Positions 61,190 through 64,000 of a DNA stretch of 64,000 nt are shown piece by piece. How positions within the stretch are numbered: position 1 is the first letter of the stretch; each line of letters opens with the position of its first letter. A program made the translations under genes and the position numbers. This stretch comes from Shigella phage ESh15, in sequence record ON528725. One strand, given 5' to 3'. The notes beneath the pieces were generated by a model that was given only the letters and a program-made list of their open reading frames with translations, was not told the origin of the DNA and searched no databases.

Positions 61190-61654
61190 TTATTCACCGA
61201 GATAAAAACTAGCCGGTTCAGAGAATGTTTCTAGTGCTATACCTTTTGTCTTAAAAAATTTCCAAATAGCTCGTTGCAAATGGATTAAATCTGCTAATGA
61301 TGTAATAAAGTATTTTTTGGCAAAATACTTATGGTCTCGCTTTTCAAACAGGTCTAAACGCTTTTCAGGATTCACATAAACAGCATTTTCTGTAGATTCG
61401 TACCCTAAATCCTTTATGCCTTCTTCAAGACTAAACGGAGAATTTTTAGAATGAGTAATAGCTCCAACTCGCTCTACACGAATTTTGTAACCTTTAGGAA
61501 TCTGCAATTTGCAGAATTCTTCTACGATATATTGCGGATTATTTAGACTTTTGTTAATGAGAATAGCTATTTCTAGTGGAGTCTTATCTTCTACTGGTAT
61601 ATGTTTAAATGACTTGGCTTCAAGCAAATACATTTTAAATAACATAGCATCCAT
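61190..61654 (-). CDS. Hypothetical protein, 154 aa
   Basis: Minus-strand ORF between the Mod-like gene and soc. Confidence 0.45.
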   Translation of the reverse strand: MDAMLFKMYLLEAKSFKHIPVEDKTPLEIAILINKSLNNPQYIVEEFCKLQIPKGYKIRVERVGAITHSKNSPFSLEEGIKDLGYESTENAVYVNPEKRLDLFEKRDHKYFAKKYFITSLADLIHLQRAIWKFFKTKGIALETFSEPASFYLGE

Positions 61655-61860
61655 TATAATTTCCTCAATGGTTCACCCATATAAAGTTTTACAATACGTT
61701 CGCCTTCATCTTCGACGAGCTTTTCTTCATGTTTCTGGAATTCTTTAGCCATATTCTCTTCAATAACATCCAGCCAATCTTCTGGACCGACACCATCGTC
61801 CCAGCTTTTAAACCATTTAACTATCTTGTTCATTCGCAGCTCCCTGAGCTTGAACCACAA
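61654..61860 (-). CDS. Hypothetical small protein
   Basis: 68 aa ORF whose stop overlaps the next start. Confidence 0.4.
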   Translation of the reverse strand: MWFKLRELRMNKIVKWFKSWDDGVGPEDWLDVIEENMAKEFQKHEEKLVEDEGERIVKLYMGEPLRKL

Positions 61861-62043
61861 TCAGAATAACTTGACCCGGAATCACCAGGCCAAGACGATA
61901 CGTATGAATGATTATAACTTGAAGAGCTTGAAGCATTAACCTGTTTTGTTTTTGGACGAATAACTTCTTCCATCATGCCGTCACCAATGTATTCCCAACT
62001 TTTTTCATGTGTATCAGGAATAGGCATCATCCCTTCGCCTGGT

Positions 62044-62271
62044 TTAACAGCAAACAACTTCTTCAGTATCGTAAGCATTAATTGTTCCTCGAACAAAACG
62101 AACACCACCATCATCCCAACGGATTTCGGCATTAAATTTGACGTCTTCACCATCCATCATGAATGAGTGTACGACTACATCATCGTAATATCCAAGACCG
62201 TATTTCAACGAAACTTCTTGAGCAATCAAAGCACCTAATGTGTTATTAGGTTTAATCCAACGATTTAACAT
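62044..62271 (-). CDS. Hypothetical small protein (start at internal ATG, MLNRWIKP)
   Basis: Internal ATG has a GAGGAGAA RBS; the longer track ORF would run into the promoter cassette. Confidence 0.4.
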   Translation of the reverse strand: MLNRWIKPNNTLGALIAQEVSLKYGLGYYDDVVVHSFMMDGEDVKFNAEIRWDDGGVRFVRGTINAYDTEEVVCC

Positions 62272-62291
62272 ATTGTTCTCCTCTTGAGTAA

Positions 62292-62329
62292 GTAAGAATA
62301 TCTTAACACAGTTTTTAGTGGTTGTAAAC
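62292..62329 (-). promoter_or_regulatory. Early promoter cassette
   Basis: GTTTAC -35 on minus strand; upstream of ORF 62044-62271. Confidence 0.5.
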
Positions 62330-62344
62330 TGTAGAAACAAAAAA

Positions 62345-62364
62345 AGGAATCCCGAAGGATTCCT
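62345..62364 (-). terminator. Intrinsic terminator after soc
   Basis: AGGAATCC-CGAA-GGATTCCT followed by UUUUUUUG in the minus-strand transcript. Confidence 0.65.
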
Positions 62365-62372
62365 TAAATTAT

Positions 62373-62609
62373 TTAACCACTTACTGGTGTAGGGGTAAAC
62401 ATTGCAGCGTTCTTAGTTTTCCAAGTTGCTGCATCAGAAACGACATCAGAATACGCTGCCTTTTCTGATGGAAAGATTTGGTAATGAGAATCTGCAATCC
62501 GATGTTCGTTTGAATAAATCTCAAACGGAACAGAAACTTCCATACCTTTAACTTCTTTGCCTTCACCAGCAGGATGCGTAAAGGTTTTGATGTTTACATA
62601 ACCACCCAT
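62373..62609 (-). CDS. soc: Small outer capsid protein Soc
   Basis: 78 aa (T4 Soc 80 aa); GYVNIKTF and HYQ.FPSEKAAYS blocks match T4 Soc; TATAAATA late promoter upstream. Confidence 0.8.
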   Translation of the reverse strand: MGGYVNIKTFTHPAGEGKEVKGMEVSVPFEIYSNEHRIADSHYQIFPSEKAAYSDVVSDAATWKTKNAAMFTPTPVSG

Positions 62610-62640
62610 AATTAACTCCTTTGTTGTTTAATTACAGGTG

Positions 62641-62648
62641 TATTTATA
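62641..62648 (-). promoter_or_regulatory. Late promoter TATAAATA for soc
   Basis: Plus strand reads TATTTATA (reverse complement TATAAATA) about 32 nt upstream of the soc start. Confidence 0.65.
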
Positions 62649-62654
62649 ACTTAA

Positions 62655-63176
62655 TTAGTAACCATTATCCTGACGTTCAAAGTTGTGTTGGTTTTTCAAG
62701 TAATACAGTTTAAAGATTTCTTCAGCCGAAAGACCTAGACCTTGGAACATATTCAGAACAAAGTGGAGGATATCAATCATCTCGAATTTAATTTCAAGCT
62801 GGTCTTCAGGAGACAGTTCATCGATACGTCGATTTCGATATTCAGCATGTTGTGCTTTCCAAGGCTTCCATACACTGCTGGCGGCTTTTTCACCATTGCT
62901 CATACCACCAAGTGAAGTCAGCAGTTCACGGAATTCATCATCAATATAATCTTTCTGATTACGCAGCCAATCAACAACATCACCAGCAGTAGCCAATTCA
63001 TCAGGATGTTTGTTATGTTCAGGCTTGTCATTTGCCAGACGAACCTGTAAAGATTTCTGCATATCAAGCATAACTTGCAGTGGGTCTTTATCTTCGTGAA
63101 TCAGAGCATTAAAATAAGCTTCTTCTGCTTTATCAACACCAGAAATAAGTTGTGAACATTCGTTAAAGTGTGCCAT
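62655..63176 (-). CDS. 56: dCTPase/dUTPase gp56 (MazG-like dCTP pyrophosphatase)
   Basis: 173 aa from internal ATG (MAHFNEC), T4 gp56 171 aa; long near-identical stretches (DKDPLQVMLDMQ, TAGDVV.W.R.QKD.IDDEFRELLTSLG, SPEDQLEIKFE, HFVLNMF.GLG, EEIFKLYYLKN). Confidence 0.88.
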   Translation of the reverse strand: MAHFNECSQLISGVDKAEEAYFNALIHEDKDPLQVMLDMQKSLQVRLANDKPEHNKHPDELATAGDVVDWLRNQKDYIDDEFRELLTSLGGMSNGEKAASSVWKPWKAQHAEYRNRRIDELSPEDQLEIKFEMIDILHFVLNMFQGLGLSAEEIFKLYYLKNQHNFERQDNGY

Positions 63177-63265
63177 TATTTTTCCTTTCAATTCAGTAAT
63201 AAGTGAGTTAATTCTAACATTAATTTTATAAAGCGTAATAAATAATAGGTAACTAAGGAGATATT

Positions 63266-63463
63266 ATGTTTAAACTTCCATCGTTAATCAACGCTATTAA
63301 AGGCAATAAAAAGAAAACTGCTATCGCTGCAATAGTTGTAGGCGGCATTATTTCATGGAACTTCGGGATTGCACCATTGTTAGTTGCCCATGGTGTTATA
63401 GTTCCTTCTGTTCCATTGGATACTGTAGTTGATTTGGCCTTTGCTATTATAGGGCTTGTTTAA
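63266..63463 (+). CDS. Small hydrophobic membrane peptide (65 aa) on the opposite strand to its neighbours
   Basis: Strong RBS AAGGAG 6 nt before ATG; basic N-terminus then about 45 hydrophobic residues with GG and G-x-x-x-A patterns. Confidence 0.4.
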   Translation: MFKLPSLINAIKGNKKKTAIAAIVVGGIISWNFGIAPLLVAHGVIVPSVPLDTVVDLAFAIIGLV

Positions 63464-63999
63464 ATCTTCGAATAACGAGATAATCTCATTTTAGCATGCA
63501 ACCCACTTGAAATATTCTGTTTCATATATTCTAAAATTTCTTGTGGTGTTGCATTTTCTTTCATTACCATATCATTCACATCCTTTGATCTCCACGGAGC
63601 TCGGTCCCAGAACATGACACGTTCGCCTGCATCAACTAATCGCTTCATGCGAGCTATAGTATCCGGATGCCTAGGTTCATTATCCATTACCCATACCCGA
63701 CGTTCTTTAAATGGTACCACATCTAAATCTATTGAGCCGCCTGTAATAGCGATTGCATTGGGTATGAATAAACTATCAATAGGGCCTTCCATTACCCAGA
63801 CGTCTCCTTCCTTAACACGTTCAACACCATAAATTTTTGTTGCAGACTCAAACGCTTTAATAGTGATATATTTTTGAGGAGCATCTTTGCGAAGTGCACG
63901 TCCTTGGAATGACTCGGCCTTCCCGTCTTTATTAAAAATAGGAATCACTAAACGTGGTTCGGGAATCTCTTTCTTATACGTACCAGGTTGAATCTTGTT
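63460..63999 (-). CDS. 61: DNA primase gp61, C-terminal part (5' end lies beyond the window end)
   Basis: Frame open to the window end (track start is GTG); TOPRIM-like motifs (VMEGPID, VMDNEP); position upstream of gene 56. Confidence 0.65.
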   Translation of the reverse strand, partial: NKIQPGTYKKEIPEPRLVIPIFNKDGKAESFQGRALRKDAPQKYITIKAFESATKIYGVERVKEGDVWVMEGPIDSLFIPNAIAITGGSIDLDVVPFKERRVWVMDNEPRHPDTIARMKRLVDAGERVMFWDRAPWRSKDVNDMVMKENATPQEILEYMKQNISSGLHAKMRLSRYSKI

Positions 64000-64000
64000 G

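Overview
This window is about 64 kb of a T4-like (T-even, Tevenvirinae-type) lytic myovirus genome, colinear with phage T4 from gene 29 through gene 61. All calls rest on reading the six-frame translations against remembered T4 proteins and motifs; no database search was run, and several track ORFs begin at GTG or at an upstream in-frame codon, so starts are approximate. Plus-strand late genes: baseplate/tail tube 29 (partial), 48, 54, then long tail fibre 34-35-36-37-38 and holin t. Minus-strand early/middle genes: alt, DNA ligase 30, a variable 30.x block, rIII, 31, cd, pseT, spanin pair, alc-like, rnlA, denA, nrdB, nrdA, td, frd, 32, 59, 33, dsbA, rnh, asiA, motA, 52, ndd, denB-like, rIIB, rIIA, unsplit topoisomerase 39, dexA, dda, srd-like, a Mod-like ADP-ribosyltransferase, soc, dCTPase 56 and the 3' part of primase 61. 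Regulatory architecture is T4-like: TATAAATA late promoters, more than 20 near-identical early promoter cassettes (GTTTAC -35) and many GC hairpins with UUCG-type loops followed by U-runs. The most interesting departures from the T4 backbone are accessory insertions: an intact AroG-type DAHP synthase coupled to cd, a GT-B glycosyltransferase between gene 39 and rIIA, and a NADAR-domain protein coupled to a HAD-type hydrolase next to ligase. No tRNA, CRISPR array, integrase, group I intron or homing endonuclease was recognised.
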